DNA of 64,000 nt from positions 16,599 through 80,598 of the forward strand of contig JBFGKE010000010.1 of NCBI GenBank assembly GCA_041576815.1, in the 5' to 3' direction. Source of the stretch: Polyangiales bacterium. GTDB taxonomy: Bacteria > Myxococcota_A > Polyangia > Polyangiales > Houyiibacteriaceae. Shown in pieces: positions 18,171 through 27,931 of this stretch. Below the pieces are notes generated by a model, which had not been told where the DNA came from, made no database searches, and saw only the letters and a list, made by a program, of their open reading frames with translations. Position 1 is the first letter of the stretch. Each line of letters begins with the position of its first letter. The translations under genes were made by a program, and so were the position numbers.

Positions 18171-19595
18171 TTAGCGCGGAAGCGCCACGGCGCCGAGTGG
18201 GATAAGCGGCTTCAGGTCCTCGTCGTCGAACCGCAGCTGCAGGCCGACGAAATAGTCGCGGCCCCTGTTGATGACGTTGTCGACTCCGGCGAGGAGCCAG
18301 AACCGCCGGAGGATCTCGAAACCCGCACGAATTCGGAGCCGTGGATAGATCCGTCTCCCAAACTCGAAGAGGTCGGTGTTGATTTCGAGACGGTCCCGGA
18401 TGACCTTGATGTCGAGGCCGAGCCCGCCGGTCGATTCGATGATGCCGAATCGAAAGGTCGCGAACGAAATGGTTTTGCCGAACTGCGCGGAAAACCGCAG
18501 GCGATTGGTGCGGCTGATTTCGGTTCGCTTGAACTCGTTCGGCTGGAAGAGAGGCGGCGGGCTTTGACGGATGATGCTTTCCGAGACCGTGATCGAGCCC
18601 CGCGGGTCGTCGACGAACTGGACGAGGAAGTAGCGGCCCTCGCGCGGCTTCAGGTAGATCGAAAAATAGGTCTTGAACGCGTTCGAAATCGCATAGTACT
18701 CGCTCCGGAGCTCGACGATCGTGCGCAGCCGGTTGAGCCCGCCGACGAAGCTGTTGAGCCCCTGCGCCACGCCCTCGACCTCGTCGATCAGCGTTTCGTC
18801 TTGGGTGAGACGCCCGATGGTCCCTTCGCCGCGCGCCGTACGCTCCGTCACCACCTTGACGTCTTCGAGAACGGCGTTGAGCTGGTCGGCTGCACGATGG
18901 ATCGACGCGATGGTGTCGTCGACCTCGGCCACCCCACGATCGATGTCGCCTCTGCGCTCGTGGATGATCTGGCTGAGGTCGTCGGTTGCGAGCTCGACGT
19001 TCTCCATGATCCGGATGATTCGTGGCCCCGCTTCGTCCGTGACGACCTTGATGTTCTCGAGAGCGTCGCTCAAGTTCCGGAGCGCGCTCTGCATGCGGTC
19101 CCCGGCCTCTTCGGTGCCGAAGGCGCGCTCCATCTGCTGGGTGATCTTGCGAACGCTCTGGGCGATGTCGTTGACGGTCACCAGGATGTCGTCGGTTTGT
19201 ACACCTTCTTCGGCGGTCTGAATCTCCCCCCCGTCGGGTATTCTCGGAAGTCCAGGTGTGCCGGGATCGATGACCAGGACCTGCTCTCCCAGAAGCGACA
19301 GGCTCCGCATCGTGACACGCGCATCCTCGTAGAGAGTGATCTCGGGCTCGATGCGGAGGTCGACCCGCGCTCGCGTCCCGTCGAGGCGAATCGAGGAAAT
19401 GTACCCGACCGGAATGCCGGCGACGAGCACCCGGGACTTTGCGACCAGACCCTGCACGTCGTCGAAATACGCATAGACCCCGTAGCCTGAATCGGCGGTC
19501 GATCGTTCGTCGACGTAGCGATAGACGGCAAAGGTGACGATCAGTCCGAGAACCACCATCAGGCCGACCCGGGCCGCGTTCCAAGTCTCTCGCAT
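18171..19595 (-). CDS. MCE/MlaD family protein with long helical region and beta-rich C-terminus
   Basis: N-terminal TM, then FDDVQGL..KSRVLVAGIPVG.I MCE motif, SLLGEQ, GEGTIGRL. Confidence 0.85.
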   Translation of the reverse strand: MRETWNAARVGLMVVLGLIVTFAVYRYVDERSTADSGYGVYAYFDDVQGLVAKSRVLVAGIPVGYISSIRLDGTRARVDLRIEPEITLYEDARVTMRSLSLLGEQVLVIDPGTPGLPRIPDGGEIQTAEEGVQTDDILVTVNDIAQSVRKITQQMERAFGTEEAGDRMQSALRNLSDALENIKVVTDEAGPRIIRIMENVELATDDLSQIIHERRGDIDRGVAEVDDTIASIHRAADQLNAVLEDVKVVTERTARGEGTIGRLTQDETLIDEVEGVAQGLNSFVGGLNRLRTIVELRSEYYAISNAFKTYFSIYLKPREGRYFLVQFVDDPRGSITVSESIIRQSPPPLFQPNEFKRTEISRTNRLRFSAQFGKTISFATFRFGIIESTGGLGLDIKVIRDRLEINTDLFEFGRRIYPRLRIRAGFEILRRFWLLAGVDNVINRGRDYFVGLQLRFDDEDLKPLIPLGAVALPR

Positions 19596-19708
19596 GAGGA
19601 CGGGCGAAGCGTAGTCGAACCGGACCAAAACAGCCATGACCCCCTTTGCGACGGAGGGCCGCCAGTGCTCCTTGCGGTACGCGAAAACAACCGCTATGGC
19701 CTTGCAAC

Positions 19709-20506
19709 TTGTCTGAGGGGATCGATGCGGCGACGGCAGCCTTGCTGGGGGCGTTACAGGGGCTGACCGAATTCCTTCCAGTGTCGAGCAGCGGGCATGT
19801 CGCAATCGGTGCGCACTACTTCGGAGTTGGTGAGGGGTCGCTCGCGCTGGTCGTCCTCCTCCACGTGGGCACGTTCGTCGCGACAGTCATCGCCTTCCGC
19901 TACGACGTTCTCGCTCTCTTGCGAGAAGCGGTAGCCGCGGTCCGTGAGCCCGGCCGCCTTCGCAAGACCGCGGAGGGCCGCACCCTCGGCGGCATCGTGA
20001 TCGCGACCGCGATCACCGTCGTCATCGCCCTGCTGCTCCGTGATTCCGCGGAGGCGTTCGCGGAAGACATCGAGCTCGTCGGCTTCGGCTTTCTGGTGTC
20101 GGCAGCGTTCCTCCTCGCAAGCGGCATTTCTCGAGGCGCAAGCGTGGAGCTCTCGTGGTGGCAGGCCGTCGGTGTGGGGCTCGCTCAGGGCGTCGCCGTG
20201 CTGCCCGGCGTCAGCCGGAGCGGCGTGACGATCGCCGTCGCCATGTTGCTTGGAGCTCGAGGGAACACGGCGTTCCGCTTTTCGTTCCTCGCCTCCCTTC
20301 CCGCCATCGCCGTGGCTGCGCTCTACGAGGCGAGCGGCGCAAACGGCCTCGGCTCGCTCGGGCTTTCCGCGTGGGTCGGCGGCGCGACCGCGCTGGTGAC
20401 GGGATTGGTCGCGCTTGCTATTCTCCGCGAAATCATCCTGGTCGGTCGCATGTGGACGTTCGCCGTTTACCTCGTGCCGCTCGGCCTGTTCATGATCACC
20501 CGCTGA
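19709..20506 (+). CDS. uppP: Undecaprenyl-diphosphate phosphatase
   Basis: LQGLTEFLPVSSSGH, LHVGT, PGVSRSGVTI, FSFL. TTG start is tentative. Confidence 0.93.
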   Translation: MSEGIDAATAALLGALQGLTEFLPVSSSGHVAIGAHYFGVGEGSLALVVLLHVGTFVATVIAFRYDVLALLREAVAAVREPGRLRKTAEGRTLGGIVIATAITVVIALLLRDSAEAFAEDIELVGFGFLVSAAFLLASGISRGASVELSWWQAVGVGLAQGVAVLPGVSRSGVTIAVAMLLGARGNTAFRFSFLASLPAIAVAALYEASGANGLGSLGLSAWVGGATALVTGLVALAILREIILVGRMWTFAVYLVPLGLFMITR

Positions 20507-20520
20507 GGACCGCGCAGCTC

Positions 20521-21597
20521 ATGACCCACTCGGAAAAAGCGTACGCGGTGATCATGGCCGGAGGCTCCGGCACTCGCTTCTGGCCGCTGTCCCGCGGAAC
20601 GCGTCCCAAGCAGTTTCTCGCGCTCGGGCCGGACGATCGCTCGTTGCTTCGCGCGACCGCGGAGCGGGTGTGGGACATGCTTCCTCCGGAGCGTACGCTG
20701 GTCGTGACCTCGGAAGCGCTTCGCTCGCAGGTGGAGCACGAGCTCCCCGAGCTCGCGGCTACCCACATTTTGGGGGAGCCGGTGGGAAGGAACACGGCGC
20801 CGTGCATAGGATGGGCGGCCACCCACGTGCGGCGGCTCGATCCGGACGCGATCATGGCGGTTCTGCCCGCCGATCACTACATCGGCGAAACGGAAGCGTA
20901 CATCGAGACGCTGCGGCGAGGACTCGATGCGGCAACGCACGGTGACTACGTCACGATCGGGATTCGCCCGACCCGGCCGGAGACGGGCTACGGCTACATC
21001 GAGGTCGGCGGCGAGCTCGACCCTGGCGTTTACCGGGCCCGTCGCTTCGTCGAAAAACCGAATCGGCAACGCGCAGAGCAGTTCGTCGCGAGTGGCAGCT
21101 TCCTGTGGAACAGCGGCATGTTCTTCTTTTTGGCATCGAGGATCCTCGAAGCGATCGGTCAGCACCTTCCAGGCTTGGGCCGGGAGCTCGAGCGGTACGA
21201 CCAGGCAGCCGCGGCCGGGCACGAGCAAGAAACCGTTCGGGAGAGTTATGGCGGTTTGCCCGCCGTCAGCATCGACCATGGGATCATGGAGAAGGTGAGC
21301 GCGGTCAGCGTCGTGCCCGGGTCCTTCGAGTGGTCCGACCTCGGAAGCTGGACGTCCGCGTGGGAGCTCGCACCCCGCGACGAGCATGGGAACGTGTTGC
21401 CCGACGACGCCATCACGATCGATGCGAAAGACAACTACGTCTGCACCACGGACGACAAGCTGGTCGTCGTCATCGGCGTCGACGACTTGGTCATCGTCGA
21501 TGCGGGGGATGCGTTACTCGTGGTCCCGAGGGACCGAGCCCAAGAAGTTCGCGAGGTCGTCGCCACCCTCCGCGAACGAAACGACCCTCGAAAGTAG
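20521..21597 (+). CDS. manC: Mannose-1-phosphate guanylyltransferase
   Basis: IMAGGSGTRFWPLSR..PKQFL, EPVGRNTAP, PADH, FVEKP, WNSGMF, WSDLGSW. Confidence 0.93.
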   Translation: MTHSEKAYAVIMAGGSGTRFWPLSRGTRPKQFLALGPDDRSLLRATAERVWDMLPPERTLVVTSEALRSQVEHELPELAATHILGEPVGRNTAPCIGWAATHVRRLDPDAIMAVLPADHYIGETEAYIETLRRGLDAATHGDYVTIGIRPTRPETGYGYIEVGGELDPGVYRARRFVEKPNRQRAEQFVASGSFLWNSGMFFFLASRILEAIGQHLPGLGRELERYDQAAAAGHEQETVRESYGGLPAVSIDHGIMEKVSAVSVVPGSFEWSDLGSWTSAWELAPRDEHGNVLPDDAITIDAKDNYVCTTDDKLVVVIGVDDLVIVDAGDALLVVPRDRAQEVREVVATLRERNDPRK

Positions 21598-21600
21598 GCG

Positions 21601-22956
21601 ATGAATCCACACGTTTTTCGCGAGTACGACATTCGAGGCCACGCCGAACGGGACTTCGACGATGACTTCGTGAAGGCGCTAGGGCTGAGCCTCGGCACGT
21701 TTTTCGCGAAGCGAGCCCTTCGGCGCATTGCCGTGGGTCGCGACTGCCGATTGAGCTCGCCGCGCCTGTACCGGGCGTTGTGCGAGGGCCTCGTCGAAAC
21801 CGGGATGCAGGTGGTCGACGTCGGAGTCGGTCCGACACCGCTCCTCTACTTTGCCGTACACCACTACGATCTCGACGGTGGCATACAGATCACGGGCAGC
21901 CACAACCCACCCGATGAAAACGGCTTCAAGATGATGGTGGGCAAAGCCTCGCTGTATGGAGAAGACATCGGTGAGCTCCGGACGGCCGTCGAAACGCGGA
22001 CCTTTTCGCGCGCCCCGGGGGGTCACGTCGAAGCGGCCGACCCGACGCCTGCCTACGTGGAAAAGGCGGTGAGCGACATCCACCTCGGGCGGCGCAACAT
22101 CCGATTCGCGGTCGACGCGGGGAACGGTGCGGGTGGCCCGTTGGCCCTGCGGACCATGAAAGCCCTCGGGTTGAATCCCACTGCGCTGCTCTGTGAGATG
22201 GACGGAACGTTTCCCGTGCATCACGCCGACCCGACCGACCCCGCCACCTTGGAGATGCTCAGGCGCCGAGTGCTCGACGACGGCTTGGAGCTCGGCTTCG
22301 CGTACGACGGTGATGCGGATCGAGTCGGCGTCATCGATGGCAGAGGCGAGGTGATCTGGGGCGACAAGCTGATGATCGTCCTCTCCCGAGCGCTCCTCGA
22401 GCAACACCCGGGCGCCACGATCATCGGCGAGGTCAAGTGTTCGCAGACCCTCTACGACGACATCGAGGCCCGCGGGGGTCGGGGGCTTCTCTGGAAAACG
22501 GGGCACTCGCTCATCAAGACCAAGATGAAAGAAGAAAACGCCCTCCTCGCCGGTGAGATGAGCGGCCATATTTTCTTCGCCGACCGTTACTACGGCTTCG
22601 ATGATGCGATCTACGCCACGCTTCGCATCCTCGAAATCATCTCTCGAAGTGACGAGCCGCTTCACGCGATGCTGAGCGACGTCCCGGCGACGTTCGCGAC
22701 ACCAGAGATTCGGATCGACTGCGACGACACGCTCAAGTTCGATCTCGTTCAGCGGATCGTCGAGCACTACCGTCCGACACACGACTTGGTCGACATCGAC
22801 GGGGCGCGCATTCAGCTCGAGGGAGGTTGGGCGCTCGTGCGCGCCTCCAACACGCAGCCGGTTTTGGTACTACGCTTCGAAGCAGATTCGGAGGATAGGC
22901 TCGCCGCGATTCGTACGGAGGTCGAATCAGTCCTCGAGCGGTTCAGGCGCAGCTGA
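21601..22956 (+). CDS. manB: Phosphomannomutase/phosphoglucomutase (AlgC/ManB type)
   Basis: FREYDIRG, TGSHNP, DGDADR, GEMSGH, VRASNTQP. Confidence 0.9.
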   Translation: MNPHVFREYDIRGHAERDFDDDFVKALGLSLGTFFAKRALRRIAVGRDCRLSSPRLYRALCEGLVETGMQVVDVGVGPTPLLYFAVHHYDLDGGIQITGSHNPPDENGFKMMVGKASLYGEDIGELRTAVETRTFSRAPGGHVEAADPTPAYVEKAVSDIHLGRRNIRFAVDAGNGAGGPLALRTMKALGLNPTALLCEMDGTFPVHHADPTDPATLEMLRRRVLDDGLELGFAYDGDADRVGVIDGRGEVIWGDKLMIVLSRALLEQHPGATIIGEVKCSQTLYDDIEARGGRGLLWKTGHSLIKTKMKEENALLAGEMSGHIFFADRYYGFDDAIYATLRILEIISRSDEPLHAMLSDVPATFATPEIRIDCDDTLKFDLVQRIVEHYRPTHDLVDIDGARIQLEGGWALVRASNTQPVLVLRFEADSEDRLAAIRTEVESVLERFRRS

Positions 22957-24669
22957 GGCAGGCACCGCGGGCAGCTCGACCGCGATGCTGGCACGGTGCG
23001 AGCCCGCCTCCGTCGTCGCCCAGTCGCTGGGCCCGATGACCTCGCGCGTGGTTTCGTGGGCGGGGTGATGGATGAGAAGCTCTTGGCCCTCGTGGATGGT
23101 GCTCACCGGGATTTGCGCGCGTGAGCCGGTACCCACGAAACGGTAGACCTTCGCGCCCGGCGGGTTCGTCACGACCCGAACCGCGCCGCCCCCCACCGCG
23201 TCGCTACCGACCGCCGCGCCTAGTGGTTGGCCCAAATCGCCCCGAGCAGCGTTCGCCGCTTGGGGCGCCGCCTGTATCGCAAGCTCGTAAACCGGCCCAC
23301 TGACCCCCTCCGGCCAGACGGCGCCCTCGGGCACGGATGCGCGGCTGGGCCGAAGACCGTCGCCGAGCACGACGAACTCGTGTGAAGCGCCGGCGCGCAG
23401 GCCGGAGGCGACGGCAGGACCCCGGCCGACGAACACGAAGACCTGCGCGTCGTCGGGGCTCACGGTGAGCTCGATCACGCCGCTCTCTGCAACCGGTACC
23501 GGCGCTGACGCAGATCGCTGAAACAGACCATCGAGCGTCCCGGACGCGATCAGCGCGTACACGCCGAGGCCAAGCGCCGCCGCGAGGAGCCAGATCCCCC
23601 AACCGCCCCGACGCCTTGGAAGCGTAGGGGCCGGCGCCGCAGACGGCCGATCGGGCTGAGGCGCAGACGGTGGTCGCGACGCGCGGCTCGGCGGCTCCGA
23701 GGCGGAGTCGGGCCGCGGTGGGGTGGTGACGGTTCCAGTCCCGAACACCGATTCGCTCGCTGTGTCCAGCCCGCCCGCGGGTGCCCGGGTGCGAACCGAC
23801 TCGGAGACGGACACGTAGACCGATTCGGCGACCGATGCCGCCGAGGATTCTTCTTCCTCGGCCGCAGGCGGTTGCCACTTGCGAATCGTCGCGGTGATCG
23901 GATCCGCCACCCGCTGGGAGATCGGCCGTCGCTCGCGCGCAGCCCCGCCCGCCTCGGTTGGTTGCGGAGGCCGGAGGTCGGGAATCGAGACCGACGCGCG
24001 CTTACGCGCGGGCTCGGATGGCGGCACCGGCACGGTTTCCGGCTGAAGGTCGAGGTCGACGTCCTTTGCGACCGGCCTCGGCATCCGAATGCGCTCGGTG
24101 ATCGGCTCGTCGGCCTCCGGGTCTCCCCAGGGTGACTCGACGGCGGAGGGTCCCGAGGTCCGCACCGACGGATCGCGGAGAAGCTCGTCCAACTCGGCGT
24201 CGAGCTCGCTGGGATCGATTCGAGACGCGTCTTCGAGGGCGGGAGGTCGATCGCTTTCGCGGACCAAGCGCGCGAGCACACGGCGCGAGGCACCTCGATT
24301 GATGGGGATCAGGGATGCCTCGATGGCATCGTGGAGATGGCGCAGGTCGCGCGGATGGCCGGTCGCACTCTCCTTCACGAGCTGCAGGAGATTCGGCGGC
24401 ACGCCGGGGCCTGCCGCAACCAGCAGGCGACCGAGGACCGAAGCGAGCGAACGCGCCGCCTCGGCCGGCTCGGCACGCTCGGCAGAATCGGCAACGAGGA
24501 CTGCGCCGTCCAACGTCACACGGACGTCGTCGGCCTCGAGCCTCACCGACTCCTGCAACAGGCCTTCACAGGCCTCGAGCGCGACGAAGGCTCCGATCTC
24601 GAAAGGCAGGCGATCGCCGCGCTTCTCCAGCTCATCCACCAGTTGGCCCACGCCGACGTCTCTGCTCAT
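22927..24669 (-). CDS. Membrane protein with a degenerate kinase-like N-terminus, Pro/Ser-rich linker, TM and PEGA-like C-terminus
   Basis: LPFEIGAFVALEACEGL...VRVTLDGAVLVAD resembles kinase subdomains VI-VII. TM WGIWLLAAALGLGVYALI. VSPDDAQV and VTNPPGAKV are PEGA-like starts. Confidence 0.65.
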   Translation of the reverse strand: MSRDVGVGQLVDELEKRGDRLPFEIGAFVALEACEGLLQESVRLEADDVRVTLDGAVLVADSAERAEPAEAARSLASVLGRLLVAAGPGVPPNLLQLVKESATGHPRDLRHLHDAIEASLIPINRGASRRVLARLVRESDRPPALEDASRIDPSELDAELDELLRDPSVRTSGPSAVESPWGDPEADEPITERIRMPRPVAKDVDLDLQPETVPVPPSEPARKRASVSIPDLRPPQPTEAGGAARERRPISQRVADPITATIRKWQPPAAEEEESSAASVAESVYVSVSESVRTRAPAGGLDTASESVFGTGTVTTPPRPDSASEPPSRASRPPSAPQPDRPSAAPAPTLPRRRGGWGIWLLAAALGLGVYALIASGTLDGLFQRSASAPVPVAESGVIELTVSPDDAQVFVFVGRGPAVASGLRAGASHEFVVLGDGLRPSRASVPEGAVWPEGVSGPVYELAIQAAPQAANAARGDLGQPLGAAVGSDAVGGGAVRVVTNPPGAKVYRFVGTGSRAQIPVSTIHEGQELLIHHPAHETTREVIGPSDWATTEAGSHRASIAVELPAVPASAAPEPLED

Positions 24670-24678
24670 CGCGTCCCC

Positions 24679-25455
24679 TCAATCCCGCTCGGGCGGGCGT
24701 ACACACACCCCTCGTTCGATTAAGTACTCTTTGACCTCCGCCACCGTGAAGTGGCCGTCGTGAAAGATGGAAGCCGCAAGCGCTGCGTCCGCCCCTCCGG
24801 CGTCGAGCCCCTCGCAGACGTGCGCCAAAGTCCCGACACCCCCCGAAGCTACAACCGGAATCGGGACCGCGTCCACAACTGCGCGCGTCAACACGAGATC
24901 GTAGCCGTCCCGGGTGCCGTCCCGGTCCATGCTGGTCAGCAAGATCTCCCCGGCACCGTAATCTGCCATCTTTTCGGCCCACTCGATCGCGTCGAGCCCC
25001 GTATCGCGTCGTCCGCCGTGGGTGTAAACCGTCCACCGGTCGGTGTCTCCTGCGACTCGCTTGGCGTCGATCGCAACGACGATGGCCTGTGAGCCGTACG
25101 CCAAGGCCATGTCCCGGACGAACGTGGGGTTCGCGACGGCGGCGCTGTTGATCGACACCTTGTCGGCGCCGGCGTGCAGGAGCTCACTCACGTCGCGGCG
25201 CTCACGGACGCCTCCGCCAACCGTGAGAGGGACGGCGACCGTCGAGGCTGCGCGGTCGACCAAGTCGAAAAGCGTTCGACGGTTCTCGTGGGAGGCGGTG
25301 ATGTCGAGGAAGGTGATCTCGTCGGCACCTCCGTCGCTGTATCGCTGCGCGCTCTCCACCGGATCCCCGGCGTCGCGGAGGCCGACGAAGTTGACACCCT
25401 TCACGACGCGTCCTTCTTTCACGTCGAGACAGGGGATGATCCGTTTGGCGAGCAT
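24679..25455 (-). CDS. hisF: Imidazole glycerol phosphate synthase cyclase subunit
   Basis: [43 protein letters not shown]. Confidence 0.97.
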   Translation of the reverse strand: MLAKRIIPCLDVKEGRVVKGVNFVGLRDAGDPVESAQRYSDGGADEITFLDITASHENRRTLFDLVDRAASTVAVPLTVGGGVRERRDVSELLHAGADKVSINSAAVANPTFVRDMALAYGSQAIVVAIDAKRVAGDTDRWTVYTHGGRRDTGLDAIEWAEKMADYGAGEILLTSMDRDGTRDGYDLVLTRAVVDAVPIPVVASGGVGTLAHVCEGLDAGGADAALAASIFHDGHFTVAEVKEYLIERGVCVRPPERD

Positions 25456-26174
25456 CACGCCCCTTCTAGCGCCGCAAGAGCCTCGGACAACGTGAACGCC
25501 CCCGAGTAGAGGGCCCGCCCGCAGACCGCCGCGCGCACCCCTGCTTTCGCAAGCGATCGCAGATCGTCGAGCGTTCCGATGCCACCCGAGGCGATCACGA
25601 TGGCCTCGACCTCGGATTGGAGACCCGCGGTGCCCTCGACGTCGGGCCCTTCGCGCGTCCCATCGCGCTGGATGTTGGTGAATAGGATTGCCCCGATGCT
25701 CCACCGGTCGACCTGGTGAGCGAGCTCGATCACGTCTCGTTCACTCTGCTCCTGCCACCCTTCCACGGCGACTTTCCCGTCGCGCGCGTCGAGCGCCACC
25801 ACGACGGCACCGGGAAAACGGGCGCAGATCGCCTCGGCCACGCGGGGCGCCTTGACGACGATGGTACCGAGGACGACCCGCGAGGCGCCGGCATCGATCC
25901 AGCGCGCCGCGATGTCCTCATCGCGCACCCCGCCGCCGACCTGCACCTCGAGGGTGGTGTTAGAGAGGATGTCTCGAATGACCCACTCGTGAACCGGCGC
26001 GCCCTGGCGTGCCCCTTCGAGGTCGACGACGTGAAGTCGCTGCGCACCCGCGTTCTCGAAGCGCCGCGCCATCGCGATCGGATCGTCGTCGTAGACCGTG
26101 ACCTCGTCGTAATCGCCGCGGCGCAGACGCACGACCTTTCCGTCGAGCAAATCGATGGCTGGAATCAGCTCCAC
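25455..26174 (-). CDS. hisA: ProFAR isomerase
   Basis: [41 protein letters not shown]. Confidence 0.95.
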   Translation of the reverse strand: MELIPAIDLLDGKVVRLRRGDYDEVTVYDDDPIAMARRFENAGAQRLHVVDLEGARQGAPVHEWVIRDILSNTTLEVQVGGGVRDEDIAARWIDAGASRVVLGTIVVKAPRVAEAICARFPGAVVVALDARDGKVAVEGWQEQSERDVIELAHQVDRWSIGAILFTNIQRDGTREGPDVEGTAGLQSEVEAIVIASGGIGTLDDLRSLAKAGVRAAVCGRALYSGAFTLSEALAALEGA

Positions 26175-26794
26175 GACACGTCTCCGAGGAAGTGCCCGAT
26201 CAGCCGCGCACCAGCATGCTGGCTCTTCTCCGGGTGAAACTGACAGGCCAGCACGTTGTCTCGCGCGATCGCAGCGCAGAAAGGGCCGCCGTAGTCCGCC
26301 GTGGCCACGGTGAGGCGTTCGTCGTCCGGGACACAGCAGTAGCTGTGCACGAAGTAGTACCATGCTCGATTTTCGAAGACGGGGTGCGTGCTTCGAATCT
26401 GGTTCCAGCCGATGTGCGGAACCTTCAACCGGCGGCCGGCACCATCCCGGAGATCCGCGGGGAACCGCTCGACCTTCCCCGCGAAGATTCCGAGCCCTCG
26501 CTCTCCGGGCGCTTCTTCGCTCGAATCGAAGAGCGCCTGCATGCCGAGGCAGATGCCGAGGTACGGCCGGCCGCTGTCGATCCATGCACGCACGGCTTCG
26601 CCGATCTCGCCTTGAAGCACGTGTGCGCACTCCTTGAATGCGCCTTGCCCCGGCATGACGAGCCGATCTGCCCGCAGCAAAACATCCGGGTCGGCGCTGA
26701 GAACGGGATCCGCGCCCGCGCGCTCGAATGCCTTCGCCACGCTGTGAAGATTTCCGAGGCCCAGATCGACGATCGCGACGCGCCCGGTCGTCAT
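26165..26794 (-). CDS. hisH: Imidazole glycerol phosphate synthase glutaminase subunit
   Basis: GNLHSV, PGQGAF, GICLGMQ, PHIGWN, YFVHSY, QFHPEKS. Confidence 0.96.
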   Translation of the reverse strand: MTTGRVAIVDLGLGNLHSVAKAFERAGADPVLSADPDVLLRADRLVMPGQGAFKECAHVLQGEIGEAVRAWIDSGRPYLGICLGMQALFDSSEEAPGERGLGIFAGKVERFPADLRDGAGRRLKVPHIGWNQIRSTHPVFENRAWYYFVHSYCCVPDDERLTVATADYGGPFCAAIARDNVLACQFHPEKSQHAGARLIGHFLGDVSWS

Positions 26795-27384
26795 TCGGTC
26801 AACGTGCCCTTGGTCGACGGCACGCCGACGACTCTCGGGTCGATTTCGGTCGCTTGACGAAGCGCTCTCGCAAACGCCTTGAAGCTGATTTCGATCACGT
26901 GGTGAAGGTTCTCGCCCGCGTGCTGCCGCATGTGGAGATTGGACTGGCTTCCGCGCGCGAACCCTTCGAAGAACACCTCGGCGAGCTCGGAATCGAAGTC
27001 ACCGACTTTCGCTTTGGGCAGCGCGACCGCCCAGACGAAATAGGGCCGGCCCGAGAGATCGAGCGCGCAGGTCACGCAGGCCTCGTCCATCGGAAGCGTC
27101 GCCGAGCCGAAACGGCGGATCCCTACCTTGTCGCCGAGCGCTTGGGCAAAAGCTTGGCCGAGCGCGATCGCGAGATCTTCCGTCGTGTGGTGCCCGTCGA
27201 TGTGCGTGTCACCGGACGCACTCACGTGGAGGTCGAACAGCCCGTGCTTCGCGAGCTGCTCCACCATGTGCGTGAGAAACCCGATCGGGGTCTGCACCTG
27301 GTACCGGCCGCTGCCGTCGAGGTCGAGCTCCACGCGGATCTCGGTCTCTTTGGTTCGACGCTCTATCATCGCTTTTCGTCCCAT
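26791..27384 (-). CDS. hisB: Imidazoleglycerol-phosphate dehydratase
   Basis: RRTKETEI, DGHHTTED, PMDEA, NLHHVIEISFKAFARAL. Confidence 0.96.
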   Translation of the reverse strand: MGRKAMIERRTKETEIRVELDLDGSGRYQVQTPIGFLTHMVEQLAKHGLFDLHVSASGDTHIDGHHTTEDLAIALGQAFAQALGDKVGIRRFGSATLPMDEACVTCALDLSGRPYFVWAVALPKAKVGDFDSELAEVFFEGFARGSQSNLHMRQHAGENLHHVIEISFKAFARALRQATEIDPRVVGVPSTKGTLTE

Positions 27385-27445
27385 GACGTCGCTACCATAG
27401 CCCGGAAATCTTGCCGAGCTACCAGCCTAGGCGATGTTCGGCGGC

Positions 27446-27928
27446 CTAGCCCGACTTGATGCGCTCCAACACTTCCTCGAGCTTCGCCTGAAGCTCCGGA
27501 TTGTCTGGCTCGTTTTGAAGCGCCATTTTGAGATTCAGCTTCGCCTGCGGCCAGTCCTCGGCCTTCATGGCGCGGTGCGCTCGCGTGAAGAAGGTTCGGG
27601 CCTTGCTGTTTCGCAGCACCACACCGCCCGGTGGGACCATCGTGCGTCGCTTTTCTTTCGCCCGGTCCTCCGAGTATCGGACGATGCCTTTTTCCAAACC
27701 CTCGTCGTAGATCTTGCGCTTGAGAGGATCGAGCAACACGCGGTACGCCTCGCTCGCGTGTTGGTAGAGGGCCGTGTGACGCTCGCTCTCCTCGGGCGAA
27801 CCGATGAAGTTGTCCGGATGGTGCTCTCGCGCGAAACGATGAAACGCCGCGCGAATCTGGTCCGAGCTCGCGGTTCGAATGATCCCGAGCAGTGCGTAGT
27901 AGTCCGGTGTCGCCTCGGGTTTGGACAC
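27446..27928 (-). CDS. J-domain protein with C-terminal TPR-like helices
   Basis: DYYALLG, intact HPD, EAYRVLLDP.KR..YD. Directly downstream of the Hsp70 gene. Confidence 0.88.
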   Translation of the reverse strand: MSKPEATPDYYALLGIIRTASSDQIRAAFHRFAREHHPDNFIGSPEESERHTALYQHASEAYRVLLDPLKRKIYDEGLEKGIVRYSEDRAKEKRRTMVPPGGVVLRNSKARTFFTRAHRAMKAEDWPQAKLNLKMALQNEPDNPELQAKLEEVLERIKSG

Positions 27929-27931
27929 GTC

